64,000 bases of DNA from Fimbriimonadales bacterium (GCA_026003075.1 BPGO01000003.1:259971-323970); one strand, 5' to 3'; positions 30,287-41,218 are shown, counted from the first letter of the stretch. The notes: generated by a model not told the origin, from the letters alone. A program made the numbers and translations.

Positions 30287-31384
30287 ATGCGCCGCGCTGT
30301 TTACGGGATTATCCTACTTCTGTTGCTACTTGCTGGCTGTGCGCCAGATTCCAAGCCGAATTCGCCAACGGCGGCGTTGGAGCCTGCGCCGAAAGATACG
30401 CTCCAAGTCGTCTTTTTCGATGTGGGGCAGGGCGACAGCGCGCTCATCGTGTTCCCGAACGGCAAGACGATGCTGATCGATGGGGGCGAGACCGACCAGG
30501 GGCGTCGGCTCGTGCAAAAACTGGGGCAAATCGGGGTGAAGCAAATCGATTGGCTCGTGGCGACCCATCCGCATAGCGACCACATCGGCGGGTTGATTCA
30601 GGTGCTCAAGTCGCTTCCTGTGGGCGAAGTGTGGGATATCGCGATGGCGTACGAGTCGCCCGTCTATCGCGATTTCTTGCTGGCGGTTCGGAACGCGCGC
30701 ACTCCGGACGGTAAGCGTCCCGTGTTTCGGAAGGTGCGGGCGGGGATTACGCTGACGCCCGCCCGTGGGGTGCGCGTGGAAGCGCTGGCGCCTCGTGAGC
30801 CGCTCCTTATCGGTACTCGCTCCGACCCAAACAACAACAGTCTCATCTTGCGCATCGACGCACCGGGCGGCAGTTTCCTGTTCACAGGCGATGTCGAACG
30901 CGAAGGGCGTCAGCGTCTCTATGCTGCGCGTGCCCCGTTGCGAGCCGATGTCTTGAAAGTCTCGCATCACGGCGCGGCGAACGGCACCGACGGAATGTTC
31001 TTGAGGCATGTGAACCCGCGCGTGGCGGTGATTTCCGTTGGCGCAGGCAACCGATATGGGCATCCCCACCGCGAGACGCTGGCGCTTTTGCAGGGCAGGC
31101 GCGTCTACCGCACCGACTGGCACGGCGACATCGTGATGCGTCTCGGCGCGGATAAAAAACTCCACATCGCCACGACCCGCCGCGCATCGGAACCCGCTTC
31201 AGCAGCAATGCAACCCTCCAAACCACGCATCGCGGGCGTCGTGATTGGCAACTGGAATTCCAAAGTCTATCACACTACCGACTGCCCACGCCTGCCCAAA
31301 CCGCAAAATCAGGTGCGGTTCCGTTCAGCGCATGAAGCTGAGAAAGCGGGCTATCGTCCCCATGCGTGCGTGATGGGTGAGTAA
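30287..31384 (+). CDS. ComEC/Rec2-type metallo-beta-lactamase lipoprotein with C-terminal Ada-like metal-binding domain
   Basis: Lipobox LAGC; DVGQGDS, THPHSDHIGG, NNNSL, LKVSHHG, YGHPH; SKVYH..DC...AEKAGYRP. Confidence 0.88.
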   Translation: MRRAVYGIILLLLLLAGCAPDSKPNSPTAALEPAPKDTLQVVFFDVGQGDSALIVFPNGKTMLIDGGETDQGRRLVQKLGQIGVKQIDWLVATHPHSDHIGGLIQVLKSLPVGEVWDIAMAYESPVYRDFLLAVRNARTPDGKRPVFRKVRAGITLTPARGVRVEALAPREPLLIGTRSDPNNNSLILRIDAPGGSFLFTGDVEREGRQRLYAARAPLRADVLKVSHHGAANGTDGMFLRHVNPRVAVISVGAGNRYGHPHRETLALLQGRRVYRTDWHGDIVMRLGADKKLHIATTRRASEPASAAMQPSKPRIAGVVIGNWNSKVYHTTDCPRLPKPQNQVRFRSAHEAEKAGYRPHACVMGE

Positions 31385-31391
31385 TTGCGCT

Positions 31392-32111
31392 CTATTTCAC
31401 GACGACATAGGGACGCATGGTCTCCAGCCGTTTCTGCCCGATGCCCTGAACCTCCAGCAGCTCGTCCACCGATTGGAACCGCCCGTTGGTGCGTCGGTAG
31501 TCCACGATGCGCTGCGCCAAGACGGGACCGATGCCCGGGATCGCCTCCAGTTGCTCGGCGGTGGCGGTGTTGAGATCGAGGGGGAAGCGTACTGCTGAGG
31601 TAGATTTTGCGCTGCGTAGGTTGGCTTGTGTCGTGGAGTGGGGCGCATTTGCTACCACTGTCGGTGGTGGGGCTTCGCCTTTGCGGGGCACATAGATTTT
31701 TTGTCCGTCGGTCAGTGTTTCCGCCAAGTTCAATACATCGAGGTCGGCGTTGGCGGTTGCGCCGCCCGCTTGACGAATAGCATCCTCCACGCGGCTATTC
31801 GGGGACAAGTGATACACCCCTGGTTGCTTCACCGCGCCCGCCACATGCACCGCGAGCGTTGTTGGAGGGGGCGATTCAGGAAGGGGGTTTGGCTCGGTTG
31901 TCGGGGGAATTTGAGTTGCCGATGGGGGCTTGCTTAGGTCAATCACTTCCACGGCGCTACCCTGCTGTAGGCTGGCCGTTTGCACGGTGGGCTGAATCGC
32001 ACCACGCCCCCAACCATAGCCCAACAACCCTGCCAGTGCCACCGACGCCGCGTAGACACCCAACAGCGTTGCCCGCTCCTTAAGTTCCAGCTTCTCCCAA
32101 ATGGAATGCAT
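31392..32111 (-). CDS. comEA: Competence DNA-binding protein
   Basis: VHVAGAVKQPGVY SLBB domain; LNTATAEQLEAIPGIGPVLAQRI HhH. Confidence 0.93.
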   Translation of the reverse strand: MHSIWEKLELKERATLLGVYAASVALAGLLGYGWGRGAIQPTVQTASLQQGSAVEVIDLSKPPSATQIPPTTEPNPLPESPPPTTLAVHVAGAVKQPGVYHLSPNSRVEDAIRQAGGATANADLDVLNLAETLTDGQKIYVPRKGEAPPPTVVANAPHSTTQANLRSAKSTSAVRFPLDLNTATAEQLEAIPGIGPVLAQRIVDYRRTNGRFQSVDELLEVQGIGQKRLETMRPYVVVK

Positions 32112-32180
32112 GGAACGCCTCCCGCGCGTGGATGTGTTCGCTGCGTCGGGAGGCGTTCCTGCCAGACGGTAGGGCGGATC

Positions 32181-33132
32181 TTACAGGTTCGGATTATCCG
32201 CCGACGGGTCTTGGTTCAGCCGAATGGTGCGCCCGCCCGCCGACGGGAACGAGGGATGCTGATCCATAAACACCGTATGCGGGATGTTCTTCACATGCCC
32301 ATCGGCGAACGCCACATTCCAGTTTTCGGGGATGGGACCGCCGTTCGGCGCTTTCGAGCGTACCGTGCCACATCGGGAACGCGTCGAAGAACATGATGAT
32401 CTCTGCAGGGCGCGCTACACTCGCCAGCGTCTTGGGATTGAAAGTCCACTGGGCGGGCGTACCGCCACGCATGCGATCGGAGTAGTTGTAGACGAGCCAG
32501 GTGTTGAACATATAGTCGTGCCCGAAGACCTGGTAGTGGCGCAATCCTGTCAGTTCGAACAGGCTGTTTTCCCCGCCATAGCCGACCACGGTGGTGGAGT
32601 CGGCGGGGCAGTACCAGATGCCTTTCACCGTGCGCGAGGTCATGATTTCTTGCCGATTTTGTGCCACGCCCGCTTTGATGTAGGGGTCTACGAGGCGGTG
32701 GATGTAGAAGGGGTAGGGGAGGGTAGCGGGTAGACCTGCGGGGCGTGGTGGAGCGTTGCCGACGATTTGCCCCATCGGCAGGTAGCGCAGCCCGGCGATG
32801 TTGTTGCCGTTGTTGGCGCAGGTAACGCCGCGCGTATCGATCCAGCAGCCCGTCGAACGCACCCACGGATTGCGCATCGTGGGCGGCGTGTTCGCGTCCA
32901 GAGGCTCCGAAGGACCGCCGCTCACATTCACGCCCATCGGCATGCGCTCGTCGTAGTCCTGCACATACATCAGTCCGCCGAGCGTAATCTGTTTGAGGTT
33001 ATTCAAGCAACTCGTGCGAGCAGCCGCTTCTCGCGCGCGTGCGAACACCGGGAACAGAATCGCCGCTAAAATGGCGATAATCGCAATAACGACCAAGAGC
33101 TCAATTAGTGTAAAGCCACGATGATTTTTCAT
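32181..33132 (-). CDS. Prepilin-type DUF1559 protein; apparent frameshift near 32360
   Basis: [14 protein letters not shown]; expected C-terminus [13 protein letters not shown]...NPNL* lies in another frame. Confidence 0.88.
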
Positions 33133-33146
33133 GGTGAACCCCCTTA

Positions 33147-33320
33147 TTAGAGCAGTTGTCCTTGTCCTTCGTTCGGGTTCTGCTGCACGGGCGGCGGGGT
33201 CACTGGCTCCACCTTCGGTTCCGGTGTCCGCATAAAGAGGAACCAGCTCAAGAACACCACCGCGATTGCCAAGATGAGCAGCCCGACTGCGAGGACGGGC
33301 TTGTCACGAAATGCCTGCAT
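33147..33320 (-). CDS. Small single-pass membrane protein between prepilin-like genes
   Basis: AGGAGG then [29 protein letters not shown] plus P/Q-rich tail. Confidence 0.7.
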   Translation of the reverse strand: MQAFRDKPVLAVGLLILAIAVVFLSWFLFMRTPEPKVEPVTPPPVQQNPNEGQGQLL

Positions 33321-33330
33321 GGATGCCTCC

Positions 33331-34167
33331 TTACAAGCAGCGGTTCCAGATGAGCCAGCGCGTGTTGGCGGTATTGAAGTCGCGCAGCTCTTCATTATTG
33401 GAGCAGCCGCCTTGTGGGAACATGCGCGGGTTCGGGATGACCGCTTCGAGTCGGAACCATTTGGTATGTCCGTCGGCGAAGGTGAGGTTCAACCCCCCGC
33501 GGTGGCGCGCCATAATAGGCGCGTAGCCTGCAGTTCCACTGCGTGCCAGCACGGTAATGACCTGTCGGAACTGGGGCGTGCCTTCGCAGCCGCCGTAGGA
33601 GTTGTTATCCGCCGAGAATCCGAAGCAGTTCCCACCTTGCTGGGGCGAGCGTCCATTTGCCGTATCCGCCAGCAGCACGAACTGCGCCGCTTCGCGAATC
33701 ATCGCCAAGTTCGGCACCATAATCGTGTTCTCGCCGCTGGGTAGATCGCCGCCAATCCAATACCATCCTGCAATGTGCGTGTTGTAGCCCACCGAAAGCC
33801 ACCCGCGCATTGCCCAGCTATCCAGGGTAAAGTCTGCAGGCGGTTTTTCCGCATTCGGGCAGAAAAACACATCCTTATTCTTCACATACGGGTTAATCAG
33901 GCTCGCCCAAGTGCGCCGGGCTGCATCAGGCAACCCAGTACCGCCCGGTCCCAGCACGACGCGGTTCATCGGCAAGGTCTGTTCATGGTCTGCCGCGTAC
34001 ATTGAAATCGCGCGGCTCAATTGATTCATGTTGGAAGCACAGGTCGTCTGGCGCGCCGACTCGCGCGCTTGCGCAAACACCGGGAACAGTATCGCCGCTA
34101 AAATGGCGATAATCGCGATGACTACCAGCAACTCAATCAGCGTAAACCCTCTGCCAGAACGCATCAC
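33331..34167 (-). CDS. Prepilin-type DUF1559 / H-X9-DG protein
   Basis: [14 protein letters not shown]; [14 protein letters not shown]. Confidence 0.93.
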   Translation of the reverse strand: MMRSGRGFTLIELLVVIAIIAILAAILFPVFAQARESARQTTCASNMNQLSRAISMYAADHEQTLPMNRVVLGPGGTGLPDAARRTWASLINPYVKNKDVFFCPNAEKPPADFTLDSWAMRGWLSVGYNTHIAGWYWIGGDLPSGENTIMVPNLAMIREAAQFVLLADTANGRSPQQGGNCFGFSADNNSYGGCEGTPQFRQVITVLARSGTAGYAPIMARHRGGLNLTFADGHTKWFRLEAVIPNPRMFPQGGCSNNEELRDFNTANTRWLIWNRCL

Positions 34168-34531
34168 TCTTGCCTCCTTTGACCAGCGCAGGCATCGAAT
34201 AAATCACTCTCTATGATGCACTTGCCTGCGCGAAGTCAGTGGGTGTTTCTATTATACATCGATTTTTCGGAAATTCCTGCAGGATTGTGAGAAATTCGGG
34301 ATGATAATCAGCGTTTCTTAGGAATCGCTACTCCAACGCACGCACTGATTGCCCGTGATGTAGCACCGCGCTCGGCGAGCCATCCCGCGCCCCATCACCG
34401 TGTTGGCGCACAGTAGCAGATTTGCTCAAACTTCCACACACGAACCCCTGCGGAGGTCAGATGCAGATTTCTCTTATCGCAAAAGCATGGAGGTAGGCGA
34501 GCACTAACAAACAAGACACCTTGCAGAAAGC

Positions 34532-34699
34532 TCATCCTTTTCTTTTTACTGGCTCTTTCAATGCCTTTGCGCACGATTTACACACCACTCGCCGTTTCCG
34601 AACCGAGGAGAGCTTTGCTATACAAAACACACAGACGGTTCTTTGACAAACCGCACACTGCCATCCTATTGGGGTATTCGTTTTGGGGGGGGGATTCAT
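34532..34699 (-). CDS. Possible small zinc-finger protein
   Basis: Three CxxC pairs (CAVC, CVFC, CKSC) in 55 aa; start uncertain. Confidence 0.35.
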   Translation of the reverse strand: MNPPPKTNTPIGWQCAVCQRTVCVFCIAKLSSVRKRRVVCKSCAKALKEPVKRKG

Positions 34700-34772
34700 G
34701 CTCGGGGCATCTTCTGTGTTCGGATTGTTTTTGTCATGAAACAGCCCCTCAAACGGCAGGTATAATCCTGTC

Positions 34773-36491
34773 ATGTCCAACGAGGCAATCGCCCAGCAGC
34801 TGCTGGAGCTCGCCGACCTGAGCGATTATGTGGGCGATAGCCCGTACAAGTCGCGTGCATATCGGCAGGCGGCGCACACCCTCGAAACCCTGCAAACCCC
34901 TATTGAAACCCTTGCTGAGGGTGGCGCGAAAGCGTTGGAACAGATCCCAGGCATTGGCACGGCGATTGCGGAGAAGATTTTAGCGTACCTCCAGACGGGG
35001 GTCATTCCCAAACGCGAACAGTTGCTGCAGCAGGTTCCGCAGGGGATTCTGGAGGTGATGGCAGTTCCAGGGATCGGTGCGAAGACGGCGCGCCTGCTGC
35101 ACGAGCAGCTGGGCGTGAGCGACTTACAGAGCCTGCGTCAAGCGCTTCTCAGTGGTGCGGCAGATCACTTGCTCGGCTCCCAGCGGCGCGAGCGGTTGCT
35201 TCGCTTGGTGGAACTTAGGCACAAGTCGCAACGGCGCACACCGCTGGGCTTTGCCCTCCCACGCGGTCGGGAACTCCTGCAAGCGATCCAGCAACTGGAA
35301 GGTGTGCAAAACGCCGTGCTGGGCGGCTCTGCACGGCGCATGCAGGAAGATGTCGGCGATTTGGACTACCTCGTCGCCACGGAGCAGCCTGAAACAACCC
35401 TTGAAGCGTTCGTGCGCCTCCCGCAAATCGCCGATGTGTATGCGCAGGGGGTGCGCCGGGCACAGGTGTTTCTAAGCGATGGGCTTCAAGTGGATGTGAA
35501 GACCGTCCCCCCAATCAGCTGGGGCGCAGGCATGCTCTCGATTACGGGGTCCAAAGCCCACTCCATTCGTTTGCGCCAGCGCGCCCTTGAGCGCGGACTG
35601 AAGCTGAACGAGTACGGCGTGTGGCAAGGCGGAACCTGCATCGCCTCCGACACCGAAGAAGCCGTCTACGCCGCGCTGGGCTTGCCGTGGATACCGCCAC
35701 CCCTGCGCGAAGATACAGGCGAAATCGAAGCCGCTGAGCAGGGACGCTTACCGAACCTCATCGTGGCAGTGCAGATTCGCGGCGACTTACAAAGCCACTC
35801 AAACTGGTCCGATGGGCTTAATACACTGGAAGAGATGGCACAGGCGGCGCACGCGCTGGGCTATGAATACCTCGCGGTGACCGACCACGCGCACCAGCTC
35901 GGCGATGCAAACGACCCCGTCGAGGCGTTCGCACAACGCCAGCGCGCAATCGAACAGTTGAATGAGCGGCTTGGCGGACGACCGTACCTCCTGAATGCAA
36001 TCGAGGTCAACATCCTTGAGGACGGCACGCTGCTTGCACCGGAGCCGATACTCCGCGCAGCGCAACTGGTGTTGGCGGGTGTTCACGACAACCACGGCAT
36101 GCCCCCTGAACAGATGACCCAGCGTCTACTGCGGGCGTTAGAGAACCCAGCAGTGGACATTCTGGCGCACCCGACGGGCAGACGCTACGGCAAACGCCCA
36201 CCGAACGACGCCGACTGGGAACGCCTCTTCGAGCGCGCCCGCGCACTGGACAAAGCGGTGGAAATTAACGGCTATCCAACGCGCATGGATCCCCCCACCC
36301 CGATTGCACGCATGTTGGTAGAAAGCGGCGCATGGATTAGCCTCGGCACCGACGCCCACACGGTGCGCGACCTACAGGCGATGGAACTCGCGATCGGGCT
36401 AGCACAACGCGCATGGACAACCCCCGAACGCCTCCTCAACACCCGCTCACTCAACGAATTGCTCCAGTGGCTGCAAGGCAGGAGGAACTGA
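34773..36491 (+). CDS. polX: DNA polymerase X / PHP domain protein
   Basis: IPGIG HhH, GSARR...VGDLD, TGSKAH, LNEYG, HSNWSDG, TDH, HPTGR, GTDAH. Confidence 0.93.
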   Translation: MSNEAIAQQLLELADLSDYVGDSPYKSRAYRQAAHTLETLQTPIETLAEGGAKALEQIPGIGTAIAEKILAYLQTGVIPKREQLLQQVPQGILEVMAVPGIGAKTARLLHEQLGVSDLQSLRQALLSGAADHLLGSQRRERLLRLVELRHKSQRRTPLGFALPRGRELLQAIQQLEGVQNAVLGGSARRMQEDVGDLDYLVATEQPETTLEAFVRLPQIADVYAQGVRRAQVFLSDGLQVDVKTVPPISWGAGMLSITGSKAHSIRLRQRALERGLKLNEYGVWQGGTCIASDTEEAVYAALGLPWIPPPLREDTGEIEAAEQGRLPNLIVAVQIRGDLQSHSNWSDGLNTLEEMAQAAHALGYEYLAVTDHAHQLGDANDPVEAFAQRQRAIEQLNERLGGRPYLLNAIEVNILEDGTLLAPEPILRAAQLVLAGVHDNHGMPPEQMTQRLLRALENPAVDILAHPTGRRYGKRPPNDADWERLFERARALDKAVEINGYPTRMDPPTPIARMLVESGAWISLGTDAHTVRDLQAMELAIGLAQRAWTTPERLLNTRSLNELLQWLQGRRN

Positions 36492-36730
36492 TGACGATTC
36501 GTGCGTTTGTGGATCGAATCGAGACCACCCAAGAGGGCAACGCGCTCGCGGTGCTGCTCATTCGCCGTGCGGAGGGCGAGTATCTGCAGTGGCTTTGCCC
36601 GCTCGAGTGGCTGCCTCCGGGCACGCGCGAGGGCGATTGGCTCCGCATGGAGTTTGCACCCGACGCCGAAACACGCGCCGAAATGCGCAGCGAAATCGAG
36701 TCGCTCCTGCAGGAACTGCAAGGCGAATAG
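36491..36730 (+). CDS. DUF3006 family protein
   Basis: VDRIE...AVL, LPPGTREGDWL, helical tail; overlaps polX stop. Confidence 0.78.
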   Translation: MTIRAFVDRIETTQEGNALAVLLIRRAEGEYLQWLCPLEWLPPGTREGDWLRMEFAPDAETRAEMRSEIESLLQELQGE

Positions 36731-36854
36731 GTTCCATACTTTATCGGGTATAATTGCGCCGTCCTGCAGTGGAAGGGAATCTCCGTCAATTCACCTTCTA
36801 TCCACCAGGCGATATTGAGGCACATCCTATCGTGTTGCGAAGGAGCAGATACCT

Positions 36855-38075
36855 ATGGCAATCGTGAGAGCCTTTCGAGCGACTCGGTTCGCGCGACTGA
36901 TTCCCGAAGTGGTCGCCCCGCCGTATGATGTGATCGACGAATCGCTGCGTGCCGACCTGGCAGAGCGGAACCCGTATAATATCGTTCATTTAACCCTCCC
37001 GCAAGGGGGCGAGCAGCGCTATGAAAACGCCGCGCGCCTGTTGCAACACTGGCTTGCCGAGGGCGTGCTGCAACAAGATAACGAACCCGCGATCTACCGA
37101 TATACCCAGCGGTTTTTCGACCCGCTGACCCAAACCTACCGCACCCGCACCGGGTACTTCGTGCTGCTGCACACGGAACCTTACGAAAAGGGCGTCGTGT
37201 TGCCCCACGAACAGACCTTCCCCGGTGTCAAGGAAGACCGTTTCCGCCTGCTGCAAGCGACGCGCACCCACTTGGAGACGATTTTCGGGCTGTTCGAAAA
37301 CACCCCCGCGTTCCAAAAGGCGATTGCCGATGCACTGTGGGAGCCGATTGCGCAGGTGGAGGGCGAGGGGCTTTTTGAGGGCAACGCCCACAGGTTGGAG
37401 CGCATCACAAATCCCGTACAGGTGATGCATTTCGAGCGTGCGTTCGAGAGTGCCCGCGTTTGGATTGCCGACGGGCATCATCGATACGAGACGGCGTTGC
37501 GTTTCGGGCAGACCTATGGAACCGACGGCTCGCCCGAACGGTTCTTGCCCATCTTGCTGGTTCCGCTGGACGACCCAGGTCTGGTGATTTTGCCGACTCA
37601 TCGCATGCTCTCGGAACTGCCTCCCGGTTCCCCCCACGATTGGCAGGCGCGTCTGAGCGAGGAATTCGAGGTCGAGGCGGTCGCCCCCGAAACCGTCGTG
37701 AGCCAGATGGCGCAGTATGGCGGCGAGGCGATAGGGTTCGTGTGGCGCGAGGGCGCGTGGCTCATCCGTCCCAAAGCCTACCCGCCTGTGTCGGGTCAGC
37801 CCGACGCGCTGACCCGACTCGACTCGTGGGTGCTGCACGCGCGCGTGATGCCCGCATTAGGCTATCAGGAGCCTTCGAAAACCTACACCCGCTCGGCGGA
37901 AGAGGCGATTGAGGCGGTACGCACGAACAAGGCGCAGGCGGCGTTCCTGCTGAACCCACCCCCACTAAGCGCCCTGCAACAGATTGCCAGCGCAGGCGGC
38001 AAAATGCCCCACAAGTCCACCTACTTCCATCCGAAAGTCCTCTCAGGGCTGATTCTATGGCAGGTGAAAGCATGA
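36855..38075 (+). CDS. DUF1015 family protein
   Basis: APPYDVI, PHEQT, IADGHHRYET, PTHR, MPHKSTYFHPK. Confidence 0.92.
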   Translation: MAIVRAFRATRFARLIPEVVAPPYDVIDESLRADLAERNPYNIVHLTLPQGGEQRYENAARLLQHWLAEGVLQQDNEPAIYRYTQRFFDPLTQTYRTRTGYFVLLHTEPYEKGVVLPHEQTFPGVKEDRFRLLQATRTHLETIFGLFENTPAFQKAIADALWEPIAQVEGEGLFEGNAHRLERITNPVQVMHFERAFESARVWIADGHHRYETALRFGQTYGTDGSPERFLPILLVPLDDPGLVILPTHRMLSELPPGSPHDWQARLSEEFEVEAVAPETVVSQMAQYGGEAIGFVWREGAWLIRPKAYPPVSGQPDALTRLDSWVLHARVMPALGYQEPSKTYTRSAEEAIEAVRTNKAQAAFLLNPPPLSALQQIASAGGKMPHKSTYFHPKVLSGLILWQVKA

Positions 38076-38803
38076 AGGTCATCGGGGTCATCCCTGCGCG
38101 CTTGGCAGCCACGCGCTTGCCCAACAAACCGCTGCTCGACATCGCCGGGAAACCGATGGTACAGTGGGTGTGGGAGCGCGCGCGTCAGGCGCGCTCCCTG
38201 CACGCGATTTACATCGCCACGCCCGACCCCGAAATCGTGGCGGTCGCCGAATCGTTTGGCGCACAGGCGATGCTCACCAGCCACGCCCACCGCTCAGGCA
38301 CCGACCGCATGGCGGAAGTCGCCCGACGCACCGACGGCGAAATCTATGTGAACATTCAAGGCGATGAACCCCTGCTCAACCCTGAGGCGATCGACCGCGC
38401 CGTGCAGCCCCTGCTCGACGACCCCAGCGTGATGATGAGTAGCCTCTACTGCCACGCCAAACCGGAAGACTATGAAACGCCCAGCGTGGTGAAGGTGGTC
38501 GTCGATTGCAACGGCGACGCGCTCTATTTCTCCCGATCACGTATCCCGTACCCACGCGAGACCACTGAGACGCCTGTACTGCGCCATATCGGGCTGTATG
38601 TATTCCGCAAGCCACTGCTGCTCGAATACGCGCAGTGGGAGCCGACCCCGCTGGAGCGCACGGAGATGCTCGAGCAACTGCGCGTGCTGGAACACGGCTA
38701 CAAGATCCGAATGGTCTACTTCGAACACCCGTCAATAGCGGTGGATACAGAAACCGATTTGCAGCGTGTACGGGCGATTTTGGCAAGCGATGGCTCGATA
38801 TAG
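38072..38803 (+). CDS. kdsB: 3-deoxy-manno-octulosonate cytidylyltransferase
   Basis: IPARLAATRLPNKPL, SGTDR, NIQGDEP, ALYFSR, HIGLY, LEQLRVL. Confidence 0.95.
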   Translation: MKVIGVIPARLAATRLPNKPLLDIAGKPMVQWVWERARQARSLHAIYIATPDPEIVAVAESFGAQAMLTSHAHRSGTDRMAEVARRTDGEIYVNIQGDEPLLNPEAIDRAVQPLLDDPSVMMSSLYCHAKPEDYETPSVVKVVVDCNGDALYFSRSRIPYPRETTETPVLRHIGLYVFRKPLLLEYAQWEPTPLERTEMLEQLRVLEHGYKIRMVYFEHPSIAVDTETDLQRVRAILASDGSI

Positions 38804-39585
38804 ACGGCGGTACTCAGTGCGTCGCACAGAATCGGGTCGTCCCCAATCACAACAGCAGGAGGGCGTGAAGGCGCAGGATAGCCTGTGCGCGGATCGATAA
38901 TATGCCCGTAGCGCACGCCGTCCACCTCGAAATAGCGCTCCGTGTCGCCCGAGACGCCGACAGCAGAATCGCGTAGGAGCGTTTCGCTGCCGTCGGGCAT
39001 TCGGAACTGCCAGCCCTCCGCGTTGGGCGGCGCACCCAGCGCATACACCGTGCTACCCCCCGAATCGATAAGCGCACTCGCCACCCCCAGCGAGCGCAGA
39101 AGCCGTACGCACTGCGCAATTGCCCAGCCCTTCCCAATCGCACCAAAACTCAGCTCCACACACGGCAGCGCATAGTAGACCCACCGCCCTTCAGGCTCCA
39201 GCAGCACCAGCTCCATTCCCACGCACGGGAGCATCTCCTCAATCGCCTCGCGGGTAGGGACACGGAACTGCTTATCCACAAATCCCCACAGGCGCAGTAG
39301 AGGCGTCACGGTGGGGTCAAACGCGCCCCCTGTGAGATCATAAAGCGATTTGCATGTCTGCAACAGTTGGAACAGTTCTGGCTCCACGCGCACAGGGTGC
39401 TGATGCGCATGAGCATTTAGATAACATAGGTCGCTATCGGGCAAGTAGAGGCTGAGTTGGTGTTCGAGGCGTTGTGTCTCTTCGCGTAGCGCGCCCGCGA
39501 TCGACTCTGCTGTCCGCGCATTGTCTTCGGGGAGGTGCACAGCGAACTCGGTGCCCATCGCACGCCAGCGGAAAACGAACATCAT
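38716..39585 (-). CDS. apbE: FAD:protein FMN transferase
   Basis: AMGT, GAFDPTV, GAIGKGWA, SGD.ERYF, HIIDPRTGYP, DALSTA. Confidence 0.9.
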   Translation of the reverse strand: MMFVFRWRAMGTEFAVHLPEDNARTAESIAGALREETQRLEHQLSLYLPDSDLCYLNAHAHQHPVRVEPELFQLLQTCKSLYDLTGGAFDPTVTPLLRLWGFVDKQFRVPTREAIEEMLPCVGMELVLLEPEGRWVYYALPCVELSFGAIGKGWAIAQCVRLLRSLGVASALIDSGGSTVYALGAPPNAEGWQFRMPDGSETLLRDSAVGVSGDTERYFEVDGVRYGHIIDPRTGYPAPSRPPAVVIGDDPILCDALSTAVYIEPSLAKIARTRCKSVSVSTAIDGCSK

Positions 39586-39683
39586 AGGGAGTGTACCCGA
39601 ACCCGCCGCGCAGGGGCAAACGATCCCCCGGTCGTAAATCGCATTCACCCCAACGCCTCAACACGCGAGGTACAATTCCCTTG

Positions 39684-41141
39684 ATGCGAGCAACCTATCG
39701 TGTGCGCCTATGGGCGTTGCTGTGTGGGCTGCTGTGGGCGCTTGCGCCTGCGTTGCAGCAACCCCCTGTTGAAAAGATCGAAAAGCGTATTAGCCCTCAT
39801 CTGGTGCTCTTTCAGGAGATTTCCACCAATCCACCGCTTGCCATTCAGGGCGTGCGAATTACCCCTGCGCGGGCGGTCAGTTTTCATGCAACCCTTGGCA
39901 ATGATGTGATAGCGACCGAAGGCGCGCTGCGTGGGCGCGAGCTCCCGAGCCGTATGGCGTGGCGTCATCGCGCCGTTGCTGCTATCAACGCCGACTTTTT
40001 CGATGGGGGCGACCCCTTAGGGCTGTGTATCGTGAACGGTGAGCTGGTCAGCGAGCCGTTTCCGAGCAGACCCAGTGTCGGCTGGATGGCAACCGGTCAG
40101 GTGGTGATGGGCGACCCGACCCTCGATGCGGATATCACGCGCCCCGATGGCGCCAAACAGGCGATTACGGGCATCAATCGCGTTGCGAAAGCGGGAGGCG
40201 ACCTGGTGTTGTTCACGCCGTTCTATGGCACGACCGCGCAGGCGGCGGCGTCGGGCGTCGTAGCGGTATTAGAGGCGTTGCCGCGTCCGGTGCGTGTGGG
40301 GGCGCAGTTGCAAGCGGTGGTGCGTGAAGTGCGTGAAGGCGTCAGCGCACCCATCCCATCCACAGGCGGCGCACTGATCGGCACGGGCACAGCGGCAGAA
40401 TTCTTGCGCACCCTGAAGCCGGGCGACCGCATCGTGATTCGCGTGGATTTGCAAGGCGATGGCGCGCCCCGGTGGCGCTCGGTTCAGGAAGCCGTCGCAG
40501 GCGGACCATGGCTGATACGCAACGGCAAGATTCTGGCTCCGAACGAACAGGGAGGCGGGTTCAATCAGCAAACCTTTGTCGAGCGGCGTCATCCCCGCAG
40601 CGCCGTCGGGCGCACAGCGCAAGGCGAGGTCATCTGGATTACGGTGGACGGACGTCAACCCCACAGTCAGGGCGCCACGCTCAGCGAACTCGCGCAGATA
40701 CTGGCGCGCTACGGCGCGGTGGACGCGATTAATCTGGATGGCGGCGGCTCTTCTGCTTTGGTCGTGCGTAATCTCGTTGTGAACAGCCCGTCTGACGGGA
40801 CAGAGCGTCCCGTCGCTAACGCATGGCTGGTCTACGACGACGCACAACGCCCCACCTTGCCACGCTACACCGATTATCGCATCGAGCCACCCCAAGCTTC
40901 CTTGAAAGTCGGCGAGCAAATCCGCTTCCGCGTGATGCGTGGCGATCAGGCGATTTCCACTTGGGAAGCGGTATGGGGCGCGAACGGGTTGGGGTTCATC
41001 GACCAATGGGGGCGGTTCCGCGCGTTACGCCCAGGACGCGGCGTGGTGAGCGCCTATGTGGATGGACAGTGGTTGCACGCCCCCGTGGAAGTTGTGGGCG
41101 AGATACCTACGCAAAATGGAAACAACGCTGGGAATCCGTAG
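39684..41141 (+). CDS. Phosphodiester glycosidase (NAGPA-like) family exported protein
   Basis: AAINADFF, HPRSAVG, VDGRQ, AINLDGGGSS, PSDGTERPVAN. Confidence 0.9.
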   Translation: MRATYRVRLWALLCGLLWALAPALQQPPVEKIEKRISPHLVLFQEISTNPPLAIQGVRITPARAVSFHATLGNDVIATEGALRGRELPSRMAWRHRAVAAINADFFDGGDPLGLCIVNGELVSEPFPSRPSVGWMATGQVVMGDPTLDADITRPDGAKQAITGINRVAKAGGDLVLFTPFYGTTAQAAASGVVAVLEALPRPVRVGAQLQAVVREVREGVSAPIPSTGGALIGTGTAAEFLRTLKPGDRIVIRVDLQGDGAPRWRSVQEAVAGGPWLIRNGKILAPNEQGGGFNQQTFVERRHPRSAVGRTAQGEVIWITVDGRQPHSQGATLSELAQILARYGAVDAINLDGGGSSALVVRNLVVNSPSDGTERPVANAWLVYDDAQRPTLPRYTDYRIEPPQASLKVGEQIRFRVMRGDQAISTWEAVWGANGLGFIDQWGRFRALRPGRGVVSAYVDGQWLHAPVEVVGEIPTQNGNNAGNP

Positions 41142-41142
41142 T

Positions 41143-41218
41143 TGGAGGCGCCGGTGGGAATCGAACCCACGAATAAGGGTTTTGCAGACCCTCCCCTTGG
41201 CCACTTGGGTACGGCGCC
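41143..41218 (-). tRNA. tRNA-Cys (GCA)
   Basis: Reverse complement GGCGCCG...CTGCAAA...GGTTCGATTCC...CGGCGCCTCCA forms a cloverleaf with encoded CCA. Confidence 0.97.

Noticed and set aside
41143-41218. tRNA-Cys as an integration site
   Set aside because: No duplicated tRNA 3' end or integrase seen in the window; flanking genes look ordinary.
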